Positions 36,017 through 46,063 of a stretch of DNA of 64,000 nucleotides are shown one piece after another. The notes beneath the pieces were generated by a model, which ran no database searches, was not told the origin of the DNA, and saw only the letters and a list, made by a program, of their open reading frames with translations. The stretch covers positions 44,013 through 108,012 of the forward strand of contig NVXE01000001.1 of assembly GCA_002746975.1 (NCBI GenBank). The letters are read 5' to 3'. Position numbers and translations under genes: made by a program. Position 1 is the stretch's first letter. Each line of letters starts with the position of its first letter. The stretch comes from Bacteroidota bacterium (GTDB lineage: Bacteria > Bacteroidota > Bacteroidia > Flavobacteriales_D > Sanyastnellaceae).

Positions 36017-36559
36017 CTACTCTTGTTCTTCTGGAATATTCTTCTTTGAATTTATTCTCCAATGGTCGTCGTAGATTGATTTATACTCCACCTCATAATC
36101 AAACTCCTGGTACCTTATATCCGAGAATATTTTTAAAAACCCATTATAGCTTTTTTCACCACCACCTATGGTTATTATATTTCTCCTTTCATTGGCAGGA
36201 ATGGCCACACCTTGCATTATGGAAGAAGAATTTATGACAATTACACTATCCGTTTGCATTTCCGGGATATGCTGTTGGAGAAATTCCATAATCTCCATTT
36301 CGTAGGAACTTCCATTAAAATGAATCACTTGATTTTCTATGATTGCCGGGCCAACACCATAATTGACTAAATCAATTGAAAAAGTATTGTTTTCTCCATT
36401 TTGAGAAGCCTCTACCAACAAATAGGGCATAATGGACAAATGGTTTTGCGTTTCCATAAGATTGGTCTGTTTGACAAATATGTACAAAGTGAGCACACTA
36501 ATAAACATGGCTGAAAAAGCCACTATTTTTTCTGAAGTCCAAAATTTTTTCTTTGCCAT
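36017..36559 (-). CDS. Hypothetical membrane-anchored protein
   Basis: 180-aa ORF with one N-terminal hydrophobic helix (IVAFSAMFISVLTLYIFV). No family recognised. Confidence 0.5.
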   Translation of the reverse strand: MAKKKFWTSEKIVAFSAMFISVLTLYIFVKQTNLMETQNHLSIMPYLLVEASQNGENNTFSIDLVNYGVGPAIIENQVIHFNGSSYEMEIMEFLQQHIPEMQTDSVIVINSSSIMQGVAIPANERRNIITIGGGEKSYNGFLKIFSDIRYQEFDYEVEYKSIYDDHWRINSKKNIPEEQE

Positions 36560-36737
36560 TATTTATTTAGGTTGGGTTTCCCAAAACTATAAAAAAAATG
36601 CGAATATTTCAGCTGATAGGTCTCGACCAATTGTTTTAAACGATTTTAACGTTCTGCTGTTACTTCAACCAAAAGCAAATGGTTTGGACAACATCATTTC
36701 TGATATATCCAAACCATTATCTAAAAACCAAATTAAT

Positions 36738-37544
36738 TTATTCAGGGAAATCAAATTTTGCATGTATACCATCTAACCTAGTGACGGAATTCTTTAACAA
36801 AGGAGCTACTTTAATAAATTCTGGGTCTGCCATTAGTCCGTAGTAAGCAGTAGTGTTATTCCATTCTACAATACCAGACATATGAGGTTGCAATAGATAA
36901 TCTGCCGCTGCGAGTCCTTTTACAGGCTTTAAACTTGCTACAAACGTTATAGGGCCATATTTCTCCTTAGGTTTTGCAGATTTTTCAAAATATTCCGGTA
37001 ATAATGTATCCGCTTGTGGCGTTAACCAAGCATTGAAAAATTCGTAGGTCTTATCTGCTCTAAAAGTAACTGTTACATCTTTTTCTACGGTATAGTATGC
37101 TAATTTAATAGAGGTTAAAATGGCATCTCTAATCGGAAATAATTTTTGAGCCTCTTTGTCTGCTAATAACGCATCTCTAGCCGCTATAGTTGGCCATTCA
37201 AAAATCGCAATCATTTGTGGTGCCACCGCTCCATCTACTACTGCAGTCACGCGTAAACTCCCTAACATTTTACCACCATATTTAGCTGCTATAGGTAGAA
37301 TTTTGGCGAAATATTCCTGGCCAAGTTTTGCCTCCTTACCGCCTTCTACAGTAGCATATGCGATTTCAATAATTTTACCAGATTTAAAGGTAATGTCTGC
37401 ACTTTTCACAACCTCAGTTACAGGTTCTGTCTCAATTTGTTCCCTTTCTGAAGTATTATCATTGTTTGCAGTTATGCTTCCTACAACACCAAGTGTCAAT
37501 GCTAAAAAGGTGTTTCTAATTGTTTTTAAATTTAAATGTTTCAT
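36738..37544 (-). CDS. Hypothetical secreted protein, possibly two DUF1330/ABM-like (dimeric alpha-beta barrel) repeats
   Basis: Signal peptide present. The segment YFAKILPIAAKYGGKMLG...IAIFEWPTIAARDALLADKEAQKL resembles DUF1330. The assignment is tentative. Confidence 0.5.
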   Translation of the reverse strand: MKHLNLKTIRNTFLALTLGVVGSITANNDNTSEREQIETEPVTEVVKSADITFKSGKIIEIAYATVEGGKEAKLGQEYFAKILPIAAKYGGKMLGSLRVTAVVDGAVAPQMIAIFEWPTIAARDALLADKEAQKLFPIRDAILTSIKLAYYTVEKDVTVTFRADKTYEFFNAWLTPQADTLLPEYFEKSAKPKEKYGPITFVASLKPVKGLAAADYLLQPHMSGIVEWNNTTAYYGLMADPEFIKVAPLLKNSVTRLDGIHAKFDFPE

Positions 37545-37703
37545 AATCTAAATGTTTTAATTGTTTAAATGAATTTGAAATTTGTTGCATAAGAATGCCT
37601 TCTTTTAAGATTCCATTGTAATCTTTTACTTGTGATTCCTCTTCCCTGAAAAGGAGGTTCTAAAATGCTGCTTATTGTTCTCATAATTTAATTTTTTACT
37701 TGT

Positions 37704-38204
37704 TTATGCTACGTCAAGAATGTGACGTAATGATTTCGTGTTTTTTATTTCAATACCTGTTTCAGAAAAGACTTTTAATCCTTCCAATAAGTCCTTGATA
37801 CCTTCTTCCATTTTAGCTTGTATTATTAGATTGTTCAATAGAAGTCCAATAGCACCAAGTTTCATATCATAATTTATAGTTACAGTTATTTGAGTCCTTA
37901 TACCCGTGATTTCCTTTAATTGAAATTTGCCGCTAAAATTTTTAACTGGCGGTGCTTTTTCAATTGGGTCAACTCTTAGTGAGAACCCTTCCCCTTCGTT
38001 CCAGTGGGTCACCGTTTCCATGATTTTTCCTGTTGGTTGCAGTTCACATATACGAGCGGCATCAATTCCATCGGTAATATCTGTGGTGTAGTATGATTTA
38101 CTAACTCCGGGATTATACCTGTATATCCCTCCCAAATCAGAAACTATCTGCCAAACTTTTTGCTTGGAAGCATCAATTATTATTTGTTTAGTAAATGTTG
38201 TCAT
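37704..38204 (-). CDS. SRPBCC (polyketide cyclase/dehydrase-like) family protein
   Basis: 166 aa. The start IIDASKQKVWQIVSDLGGIYRYNPGV is typical of SRPBCC ligand-binding proteins. Confidence 0.7.
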   Translation of the reverse strand: MTTFTKQIIIDASKQKVWQIVSDLGGIYRYNPGVSKSYYTTDITDGIDAARICELQPTGKIMETVTHWNEGEGFSLRVDPIEKAPPVKNFSGKFQLKEITGIRTQITVTINYDMKLGAIGLLLNNLIIQAKMEEGIKDLLEGLKVFSETGIEIKNTKSLRHILDVA

Positions 38205-38301
38205 GATATGTTTTTTAATTATGAAGCAAACATACAGACGATAAGCACCTCATATTTAAAGATGTAGCAAATGGGAATGCAGACCCGTTTTTATTTCAAA
38301 A

Positions 38302-38326
38302 AATGTGGTGAATGGGACAAATGTGG
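38302..38326 (+). repeat. Three tandem AATGKGR units at 9-bp spacing (AATGTGG tg AATGGGA ca AATGTGG), with a fourth copy at 38270..38276
   Basis: Read directly from the intergenic sequence between the LytTR-protein stop and the SRPBCC start. Confidence 0.6.
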
Positions 38327-38363
38327 CAAAGAGGAAGCTTATTTTTCTTATTTTATAGGTATC

Positions 38364-40124
38364 TTATTCTTGATATTTATCTAGTAGCAGCAGTATAGAT
38401 TTACTTTTTGCTCTAGATAACGGAATGCGTATGGGCAACGATCTACTTTCAAGAAAATGGGCTCTTGCATTCCCCGTAATAGTAAGCTCTTGGTGCAGAT
38501 TAACCATAAATGTTTTGTGACAACGTACTATATTCTTGAAAGAGACTAATTGCTCTTCCACATTTTTTAAGGTCTGTCTAAGCATTTTGTTTTTTAGAAT
38601 TCCAGCATCATACCAATATACTGTACAATAATTATCACTGGCCGTTACAAATGAAATATCCTGAGGGTCTAATGCAAGGGAATCAGAAGTATTTGATTTT
38701 ATATCTATAATAGTGGATAGTTTTCTTTCCTTCTGAAAAGAGGGCACTTCATCAAATAAATTGCATTTTTTTAAAATTTCTTGATATCTTTTATCTTCTC
38801 TTACCTCAGCAAATATCGGATTGCATTTTAGTTCAGCAGGAAATATGCCTATCCCTAATTGAACTGCTTTTTCTGAATACTTAAAAAATGCTTTATAATC
38901 ACGCTGTCCAATTTTAACAATAGCCAAGGCATATGCTAAAACGCCTGTGTCTTTTTTTATATCTAGACCATGAATGGTTTCCTCAAGATTTCTGCTTTCT
39001 TCATGAAAATTGGCTTTTGCATAAGCATAAGACAAATGCGCCATGAACATAGGGTTTGTTTTGTCCCGTTCCAAACACGTCTTAAAATCGGCAATTGCAG
39101 TTTCTAAATTCCCTAAAAACAAATTGGCATACGCATAATACTCTCTTAAAGGATTGGCGTATTCATTATCTATGTTTACTACTGCATTAGTATAATCTAT
39201 AGCCTCTTGGTATTTCTTCAAATAAATTTGAATCCTAATCATCATACTATAATGAGGCAATGCCAAAGGGTCTAATTTAATTGTAATGGCAGAGTGTTTT
39301 TCTGCATTTATAAAATCACCTTTGTGCACATAATACATGGCAAAAGCATGATGTGCCTTTACATTATCCGCATTTAATTTTAATGCCTGCACTAGATTAA
39401 TTTTAGCCTGCGTAAAATTTCTACTGGAAAAAACATTCACAAATGCCGCCGAAACATAGGAATCAGACCGCTTGTCATTTAATAAAAGAGCCTTATGTAC
39501 ATGCTCTTTGGCCAACTCAAAGGCCGGTAGTGGGTTTTCATAACCCATAGCTCCAATAACAGAATAACAATCTGCTAGCGCTGCATAAGACAAAGCAAAG
39601 TCTTCATTCTCTTTGAGAGACCTCTTAAAAAATTTTATAGCAAAAAGCATTTCTGCATGAGTGTATCTGTGCCAATGATAGATTCCTCTTAAATAATACT
39701 CCCTTGCTTTAGAAGTATCTTCTAAGGAAGTGTTTACAGGCTGTTTTTTTCCATTAATAGCAGTAACAATAGTGTTTGCTAATTCATCTAGAGGTTGTGT
39801 CCATTTCTCTAAGTTAAAATCAGAGGAATTTGTTAGCAACAATTCATCATTGACTGTCTTAAAAAGTCGTGTTGTTAATTTATAATGCTCCTGCTTATAG
39901 GAAATATTTCCTTCTATTATAAAATCTATAGCGTAGCGTTCTCTAATCTCTACTGCTGGTAAGGGGTTATTTAACAAATAAAAACTAGTGGATCTAGATG
40001 TTGTTTTTATGTTAGATGTGTTGGTGATTAATTCCGTGAGCTCCTCAAAAACACCATCGGATAAATAACCTAAATCTGCAATAGATCGGTCAATTTGAAA
40101 GGGTAAGATTAAAATTTTAGTCAT
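38364..40124 (-). CDS. TPR-repeat protein with C-terminal LytTR DNA-binding domain (no receiver domain)
   Basis: 586 aa. The central region has TPR-like repeats. The C-terminus DISFVTASDNYCTVYWY...LRQTLKNVEEQL...IVRCHKTFMVNL...IPLSRAK matches the LytTR pattern. Confidence 0.75.
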   Translation of the reverse strand: MTKILILPFQIDRSIADLGYLSDGVFEELTELITNTSNIKTTSRSTSFYLLNNPLPAVEIRERYAIDFIIEGNISYKQEHYKLTTRLFKTVNDELLLTNSSDFNLEKWTQPLDELANTIVTAINGKKQPVNTSLEDTSKAREYYLRGIYHWHRYTHAEMLFAIKFFKRSLKENEDFALSYAALADCYSVIGAMGYENPLPAFELAKEHVHKALLLNDKRSDSYVSAAFVNVFSSRNFTQAKINLVQALKLNADNVKAHHAFAMYYVHKGDFINAEKHSAITIKLDPLALPHYSMMIRIQIYLKKYQEAIDYTNAVVNIDNEYANPLREYYAYANLFLGNLETAIADFKTCLERDKTNPMFMAHLSYAYAKANFHEESRNLEETIHGLDIKKDTGVLAYALAIVKIGQRDYKAFFKYSEKAVQLGIGIFPAELKCNPIFAEVREDKRYQEILKKCNLFDEVPSFQKERKLSTIIDIKSNTSDSLALDPQDISFVTASDNYCTVYWYDAGILKNKMLRQTLKNVEEQLVSFKNIVRCHKTFMVNLHQELTITGNARAHFLESRSLPIRIPLSRAKSKSILLLLDKYQE

Positions 40125-40275
40125 GGAATATCACAAATACCAGTATCAAATTTAGAATATTCTTTGATATTTTCAGAATTAAATCGAAGAACCTTTTCTA
40201 GAAAATGGGCCATCTTAGGAACATGTTTGCACTACTGCCTAAATAGCCTTTAAAAACTAGATTATACTATAAAGA

Positions 40276-41442
40276 CTATTTCAAACACCTTAGTGCAGCC
40301 TTTTTTATGTTTCTAATACAGGCTATCACTTTTTCGTTGGATGTGGCAATGTTCATCCTCATAAACAAAGCCCCTTCTCTTCCAAACCAATGCCCTGCAT
40401 TCATGGCAACTTTGGAATGCGCTGTCATATATTGAAACATTTCTTTAGAATCTATAAAAATATCTCTAAAATCTAACCAAACTTGATAAGTCCCTTCTGG
40501 TTTTATCAATCTTATTCTGGAACCAAGCAACTCCTCTTCAATGCTACTTATATTAGTTTCAATCGTTTTTTTTAAATCATTTAACCAAGATTCTCCTTCT
40601 TGGTAAGCGGTTTCTAAAGCCACTCTTGTCAAGACATTTGTTGCGCCCAAATTGAATTTCTTAAAAACATCTTTTATAGTACTCCGTAACGTTTCACAAG
40701 GGACAATTGCCATGGCATCAGAAATCCCAGCAAGATTAAATGTTTTGGCTTCCGAAGTGCATACCACTAAATTCTCAAACCTATCAGCATAATGCAATAC
40801 AGATGTAAATTGATGGTCAAAAAGAACAATATCCTTATGAATTTCGTCAGAAATCAATAACAAATCATGGGTTTTACATATTGCAATGATTTTCTCCAAC
40901 TCTTCTTTTGTCCATACACGGCCTACAGGATTATGTGGATTGCATAGAATCAATATTTTATTGTTCTCCTCTTTTGCTTTTTCCTCTAAATTTTCAAAAT
41001 CAATCTCATACCTATCACCTACCAATTTTAATGCATTTTTCACGATCCTCCTTTTCGTTTTTCGAATCACATCTTTAAATTCCATAAAAACAGGTGGTTG
41101 AATGATTACACCCTCATTTTCTGATGTGAAACTTTCGAGTACAATAGAAATAATCGTGGTAATACTAGGACCATAAAGAATATGCTCCTTATCAAGGTTT
41201 ATGTTATACTGGTTTTTGTACCATTCTCTTTGTGCCAAAAAATAAGATTCTGGTTTGTATTCATATCCAAAACCAGAATTGGAAATTCTTTTTATTAAAG
41301 CCTCCTGAATGGGTTTGGCAATTGCAAACTCCATATCCGCAATCCACATAGGTGTAAGATTCTTTTCCCCAAATAGTTCTAAAAGTGTTGTTGGGTTTGT
41401 TTTTGACAAGGGTAATTGCACAAGTTTTTCATCAATTTCCAT
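40276..41442 (-). CDS. PLP-dependent aminotransferase, MalY/PatB cystathionine beta-lyase type
   Basis: 388 aa with WIADMEF, LCNPHNPVGRVW and the PLP-lysine context TSEAKTFNLAG. Confidence 0.83.
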   Translation of the reverse strand: MEIDEKLVQLPLSKTNPTTLLELFGEKNLTPMWIADMEFAIAKPIQEALIKRISNSGFGYEYKPESYFLAQREWYKNQYNINLDKEHILYGPSITTIISIVLESFTSENEGVIIQPPVFMEFKDVIRKTKRRIVKNALKLVGDRYEIDFENLEEKAKEENNKILILCNPHNPVGRVWTKEELEKIIAICKTHDLLLISDEIHKDIVLFDHQFTSVLHYADRFENLVVCTSEAKTFNLAGISDAMAIVPCETLRSTIKDVFKKFNLGATNVLTRVALETAYQEGESWLNDLKKTIETNISSIEEELLGSRIRLIKPEGTYQVWLDFRDIFIDSKEMFQYMTAHSKVAMNAGHWFGREGALFMRMNIATSNEKVIACIRNIKKAALRCLK

Positions 41443-41534
41443 AGGATTAAGGTATCACTTATTATTATATGATGCACCCCTTACTTGCTAGTCAATTTAT
41501 TGAAGATTGAAATTGCTAAATAACAATCATGTAA

Positions 41535-42482
41535 TCAACCATTAATCATTTGCACCAATTTTAAACGACTATTTATACCAATTTTGGTATAGATCCTATG
41601 GGTGTGGTCTTTTACCGTTTGTAAACTGATAAACAATTCATCGGCTATTTGTTGATTGGTTTTACCCTGTATTATTACGTTAATAATTTCTTTTTCGCGT
41701 TTCGTGATTTGATATGTTTCAAATAACCAAGCCTTTTTCTCCATATTAGGCCGTTCTGCAAATATGGGCTTGAAAATCATTTCAGATTTTAGTTTTAAAT
41801 AAACTAAGGGGATTAGGTTAGATAAAAAATACGGCAAAAGTAAGGAAGGGAGAATCCATTTACCATGGTCATAGAAGTATAATGTGCTTCCTCTTAAAAG
41901 AAGGCCTAACAACATTAGTGCTGTAAATCGTAAGATTATTTTTCTATTTGATTTTTTATGCTTTTTTAAATAGTAAAAAATCGTGCCTGTGAATACGGTC
42001 ATACTAATCAGTTCTATCAAAAATATAAATACAAAACTGCTATCGACCAAAAGTTCTTTTGAAAACAAAGAACTTTTTTTAAAGAAAATGTATAGTCCAC
42101 AAACTAAGGGAATAACTACTATAAAGAATAGTATCTGAAAGTAAACTGTTGTCCTTTTAGGAGTAATACCAACCAAGGCATAGCCCATTTTAACAAGCAT
42201 AATCCAAGAAATAATAAGAAAAGGCATGCCTAAAATAGATAAAAAACTTGCTGCCGTAGCAATCAACTCTTGTTGACCCTCAAAAGATGAAAGCAAAACC
42301 CACATTAATATTTGACCCCAAATTCCATAGAGTGCAAAGCCAAAAAATGTGACTATGTAATAAAAATAATTTTTATAAAAAGAGGTGTCATAGGACGCTA
42401 TAAGCTGGTGTGCCATCCAAATGGATGCCATAGCGATTCCCAAACTGAAAAGAAATACAACAATGAAAATCAACGTTAACAA
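41535..42482 (-). CDS. Membrane-integral LuxR-family regulator (about 7-8 TM helices plus C-terminal LuxR HTH)
   Basis: The hydrophobic N-terminal ~240 aa is followed by ITKREKEIINVIIQGKTNQQIADELFISLQTVKDHTHRIYTKIG. The ORF start is a TTG. An in-frame ATG 17 codons downstream is an alternative start. Confidence 0.7.
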   Translation of the reverse strand: MLTLIFIVVFLFSLGIAMASIWMAHQLIASYDTSFYKNYFYYIVTFFGFALYGIWGQILMWVLLSSFEGQQELIATAASFLSILGMPFLIISWIMLVKMGYALVGITPKRTTVYFQILFFIVVIPLVCGLYIFFKKSSLFSKELLVDSSFVFIFLIELISMTVFTGTIFYYLKKHKKSNRKIILRFTALMLLGLLLRGSTLYFYDHGKWILPSLLLPYFLSNLIPLVYLKLKSEMIFKPIFAERPNMEKKAWLFETYQITKREKEIINVIIQGKTNQQIADELFISLQTVKDHTHRIYTKIGINSRLKLVQMING

Positions 42483-42626
42483 AGCATCTAGTTTTATAAC
42501 CCTAAAAGTATATAAATTGATCTTATACGAATGACAACTTTAGTAGTGTTTTTAAAATCACTACTAAAGTTGGAAGGAAACTTATGCAAGCCTAGTTACA
42601 TTTACACCATCAAAAAACGAACCGTT

Positions 42627-43322
42627 ATGAATATAGTTAAATCGGAAAAAACACCCATAGCAAGTATTTCTGGAAGCTATGGGTACGCCTGGCAACAAAT
42701 GGGGAAGCATTTTTTGTATTTCCTTATCGTAGTCCTTTTTTTAGGAATAGCGGATTCTCCCTTGACTGGACTAAGAGTAGAAGAACCTGAATTCTTTTCA
42801 ACTAACATATTCTTAATAATTTTGGCTACTGCCTATATGTTCTTAGTGCTTCCCGTACTAAAATTTGGAGGAGACCTCATATTTTTAAGAGGAATTAGAA
42901 ACGAAAAAATGGATATTACCGAACTTTTTCTTGGCTTTAAGGAGAATTATGTATCCATTATTTTGGCAAGCCTTATTACTACTACCCTAATTGGCATTGC
43001 ATTTCTTTTCCTCATAATTCCTGGAATCATATTAGCTGTCAGACTATGCTTTGTTTCCTTTTTGGTAATGGATAAAAAAATGGAGCCTATTGCAGCTATT
43101 GAAAAAAGTTGGGCAATGACTAGAGGTTATGGTTGGAAAATTTTTGGAATGGGAATTTTGGCAATACCTGTTTTTATTGTGGGTTTGCTTTTCTGTGTTG
43201 TGGGTGTCTTTGTGTCCTTCATCTGGATTTCTGCTGCTTTTGCAGCCATGTACTATGCCATTGACCATAAAGAACAAGAAGAATTGGCTGCAGACAACCA
43301 ACTAGGATCGGCCCCTCGATAA
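42627..43322 (+). CDS. Hypothetical integral membrane protein
   Basis: Start set at the ATG at 42627 (MNIVKSEK). About 5 hydrophobic helices. Family not recognised with confidence. Confidence 0.55.
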   Translation: MNIVKSEKTPIASISGSYGYAWQQMGKHFLYFLIVVLFLGIADSPLTGLRVEEPEFFSTNIFLIILATAYMFLVLPVLKFGGDLIFLRGIRNEKMDITELFLGFKENYVSIILASLITTTLIGIAFLFLIIPGIILAVRLCFVSFLVMDKKMEPIAAIEKSWAMTRGYGWKIFGMGILAIPVFIVGLLFCVVGVFVSFIWISAAFAAMYYAIDHKEQEELAADNQLGSAPR

Positions 43323-43344
43323 CGCACTTCTTCACCAACAAAAC

Positions 43345-43914
43345 CTAAAGTTGTGCCCGCAATTTACTCAAGGTAGAATTGGTCATGCCCAAATAAGAAG
43401 CAACCGCTTTACTAGAAATACGTGTTAGTAGTTTGGGTTCGTGCTCCATCACCCATTTTAGTTTATCTATACCTTCCATCCCCAAAAAGCTATAAATACG
43501 CATCTGCGAATGAATAAATGCAAACTCCATAAATTGACTATAAACCATTTGAAATTCTGGCACCGTGGCAATTAATTTGAAAAAACTATCTCTACTTATG
43601 ACCAATAAATCCGAAGGCACAATAGAAACCAAAAAATCCCGAGATGGTTTTTGCAAAACAAAACTGGTAATTGCCGACATTATTTGATCTTCTAAAGCAA
43701 AATAAGCAGTTATTTCATTGCCTTTTGGATCTATTTCATACATCCGTAAACAGCCTTCATTTATAAAGTAAAAATTCTTACATACTTGTCCTATACCACA
43801 CAAGACCTCATTTCGTTTCGTTTTAAGTGGCTTGAAATTAGAGGTGACTATTGCTAATGATGCATCGTCAATACTGGTACGTTCCTTAAAATATTGTTCT
43901 AATTGTTTGTACAT
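43345..43914 (-). CDS. Crp/Fnr-family transcriptional regulator (cNMP-binding domain plus HTH)
   Basis: 189 aa with a beta-roll region (FYFINEGCLRMYEIDPKGNEIT) and a C-terminal HTH (AVASYLGMTNSTLSKLR). Confidence 0.8.
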   Translation of the reverse strand: MYKQLEQYFKERTSIDDASLAIVTSNFKPLKTKRNEVLCGIGQVCKNFYFINEGCLRMYEIDPKGNEITAYFALEDQIMSAITSFVLQKPSRDFLVSIVPSDLLVISRDSFFKLIATVPEFQMVYSQFMEFAFIHSQMRIYSFLGMEGIDKLKWVMEHEPKLLTRISSKAVASYLGMTNSTLSKLRAQL

Positions 43915-43932
43915 TTTTGGTTGATTATTTGG

Positions 43933-44352
43933 TTACTCTTCCTCTATATATTCAATGGAATAGTCTATTGGGCTATTTTTCCTCAACATAGCATTTACAC
44001 CACAATACCTCTCTTGAGAAAGATCAACGGCCTTTTTAATTTTCTCTTTATTCAATTGATTTCCAAATACGCGATAAATCAACCTAATTTCAGAATATAC
44101 TTTTGGATGCTCTTCTGTTAAATCTGCTTCAACATCCATTTCAAAATTGGAGAAATTCACCCTCATTTTCTTCAATAAAGATACCACATCCATTCCTGTA
44201 CATCCAGTTAAGGATGCCAACAAGAGTTTTTTAGGACCGGGACCAGTAGCATCACCCATTGCCCCGGCCGAATCTATTCTTAAGGTATGGTTATCTATTT
44301 GACTATCAAAAGCCATATTTTCTTTCCAGACTGTTTTTACTTTATGTAGCAT
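43933..44352 (-). CDS. OsmC-family peroxiredoxin-like protein
   Basis: 139 aa. The two conserved Cys contexts SLTGCTGMDV and ERYCGV are present. Confidence 0.85.
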   Translation of the reverse strand: MLHKVKTVWKENMAFDSQIDNHTLRIDSAGAMGDATGPGPKKLLLASLTGCTGMDVVSLLKKMRVNFSNFEMDVEADLTEEHPKVYSEIRLIYRVFGNQLNKEKIKKAVDLSQERYCGVNAMLRKNSPIDYSIEYIEEE

Positions 44353-44363
44353 ACTTTTATCTC

Positions 44364-45362
44364 CTATGAATTTATTTTTATTTCAAGAATTTGCCGAATC
44401 ATTTGATTGGTAAATCCCCATTCATTATCGTACCAGGTCATTACTTTCAATAAATCTCCGTCTACAACTCTAGTCATACTTAAGTCTACTGTTGATGCAA
44501 ATGGGCTTTTAACAATGTCTGAGGATACAATTGGTTCGGTAGTAGTGTCCAATACCTCTTCATATCGAGAAGTTAAGGCTTCCTCTTTAAGAATTGCATT
44601 TACTTCGGCTATGGTTACTGGTCTTTCCGTTACAAAAGTCATATCAGAAATAGACCCCACAGGGATAGGAACGCGAATGGCTACGCCATCAAATTTTCCT
44701 TCATATTGTGGCATTGCCTTTGTTGTTGCAATTGCTGCTCCCGTTGTTGTTGGCACTAAATTGACTGCTCCTGCCCTGCCCATTCTGAAATTTCTTTTTG
44801 ATGGGCCATCAACAATACCCTGATTGGCCGTATAGGCATGAACCGTAGTCATGATTGCCTTTTTAATCCCAATTCTACGTCCCAAAACTTCAACAATCGG
44901 ACTTATATTATTCGTGGTACAACTTGCGCATGAAAAAATACTAGTATTCCCATCTTCTGAATTGACACCATGTACTACTGTTGGCATATCTGCACTACTT
45001 GTTGGGGCAGAAACCACTACCGTTTTAGCACCAGCTTTTATATGCTTTTCTGCACCTTCCATAGTAGTGAACAAACCTGTACTCTCAATGACCAATTCTA
45101 TCTCATTTTCTTTCCATGGTAGTTGTTCAGGGTCTCTTATGGATGAATATTTAATTTTTTTACCCTTTATGATTAGGCTGTGTTCATCAAATGAAACTAC
45201 GTTTTCATAAATGCCATATACAGAATCATACTTTAGCAAATAGGCTATGTTTTCAGCAGTTACAATATCGTTTACAGCTACGAGTTCTAATTCGGGAGTT
45301 TCTAAAATTACTTTTAAGGCTGCTCTACCAATTCGCCCCATTCCGTTGATTGCTATTCTCAT
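44364..45362 (-). CDS. gap: Type I glyceraldehyde-3-phosphate dehydrogenase
   Basis: INGMGRIGR NAD motif and the active site SCASCTTNN. 332 aa. Its ATG overlaps the upstream gene's TGA (ATGA). Confidence 0.93.
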   Translation of the reverse strand: MRIAINGMGRIGRAALKVILETPELELVAVNDIVTAENIAYLLKYDSVYGIYENVVSFDEHSLIIKGKKIKYSSIRDPEQLPWKENEIELVIESTGLFTTMEGAEKHIKAGAKTVVVSAPTSSADMPTVVHGVNSEDGNTSIFSCASCTTNNISPIVEVLGRRIGIKKAIMTTVHAYTANQGIVDGPSKRNFRMGRAGAVNLVPTTTGAAIATTKAMPQYEGKFDGVAIRVPIPVGSISDMTFVTERPVTIAEVNAILKEEALTSRYEEVLDTTTEPIVSSDIVKSPFASTVDLSMTRVVDGDLLKVMTWYDNEWGFTNQMIRQILEIKINS

Positions 45363-45973
45363 GATTTTAATTTTTTTAGTTGAATTTCTAACGCCTCTAT
45401 TTTTTCGTTTAGAGGGGCTGTGATTGTTTTTATGTCTTCTTGTGTAAATCGTTGTTGAATATGTTGCCTACAGTTTACATCCCATGCCTTTACCTCAAAA
45501 ACAATGACTCTTTCCAGTCTTGCTCTGTATGAATCGTCTGCTAGTGATGCCAATAATTCTGTATCATCCTCAACTATTTTTGCAGTTCCCCAAATCTTAA
45601 TACGTGTTTTGGAAGGATAATCCATCAGAAAAATAAAGGCTTTGTTATTTTCACTCAGATTGCCGGCGGTTATATATTGTCTGTTTCCTGAGAAATCTGC
45701 AAATGCCAAAGTGTTCCCATCAATGGTTTTTAGAAATCCTTTTGGGCCTCCACGGTGTTGCGTATAGGGCTGACCTTCATTATTAGAAGTACTAAAATAA
45801 AAGGAGTCTTGGTTGCTTAAAAATTGAGTAAGTTGCTCAGTTACCTCAGATTGCCATCCTCCAGATTGTTCCATTTGAGCATAACTACTACGCGAATGAA
45901 ACTTCTCTTGAATTGATTTTACTGAAGTTGTAAATGCTATGTCGCTCGTATATTTTAGATTCTCATTTTTCAT
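45359..45973 (-). CDS. Pyridoxamine 5'-phosphate oxidase-like (split-barrel flavin-binding) family protein
   Basis: Start set at MKNENLKY. The segment GQPYTQHRGGPKGFLK...FADFSGNRQYIT...RIKIWG resembles the PNPOx-like fold. The assignment is tentative. Confidence 0.6.
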   Translation of the reverse strand: MKNENLKYTSDIAFTTSVKSIQEKFHSRSSYAQMEQSGGWQSEVTEQLTQFLSNQDSFYFSTSNNEGQPYTQHRGGPKGFLKTIDGNTLAFADFSGNRQYITAGNLSENNKAFIFLMDYPSKTRIKIWGTAKIVEDDTELLASLADDSYRARLERVIVFEVKAWDVNCRQHIQQRFTQEDIKTITAPLNEKIEALEIQLKKLKS

Positions 45974-46063
45974 TTTAATTCTTTTTAAGGTCAGTTGGTA
46001 ATGAGTAGGTTGTACATATTTATAATCGGTCAAAAAGCAATTCCTTTTGACCGATTATTCTGA

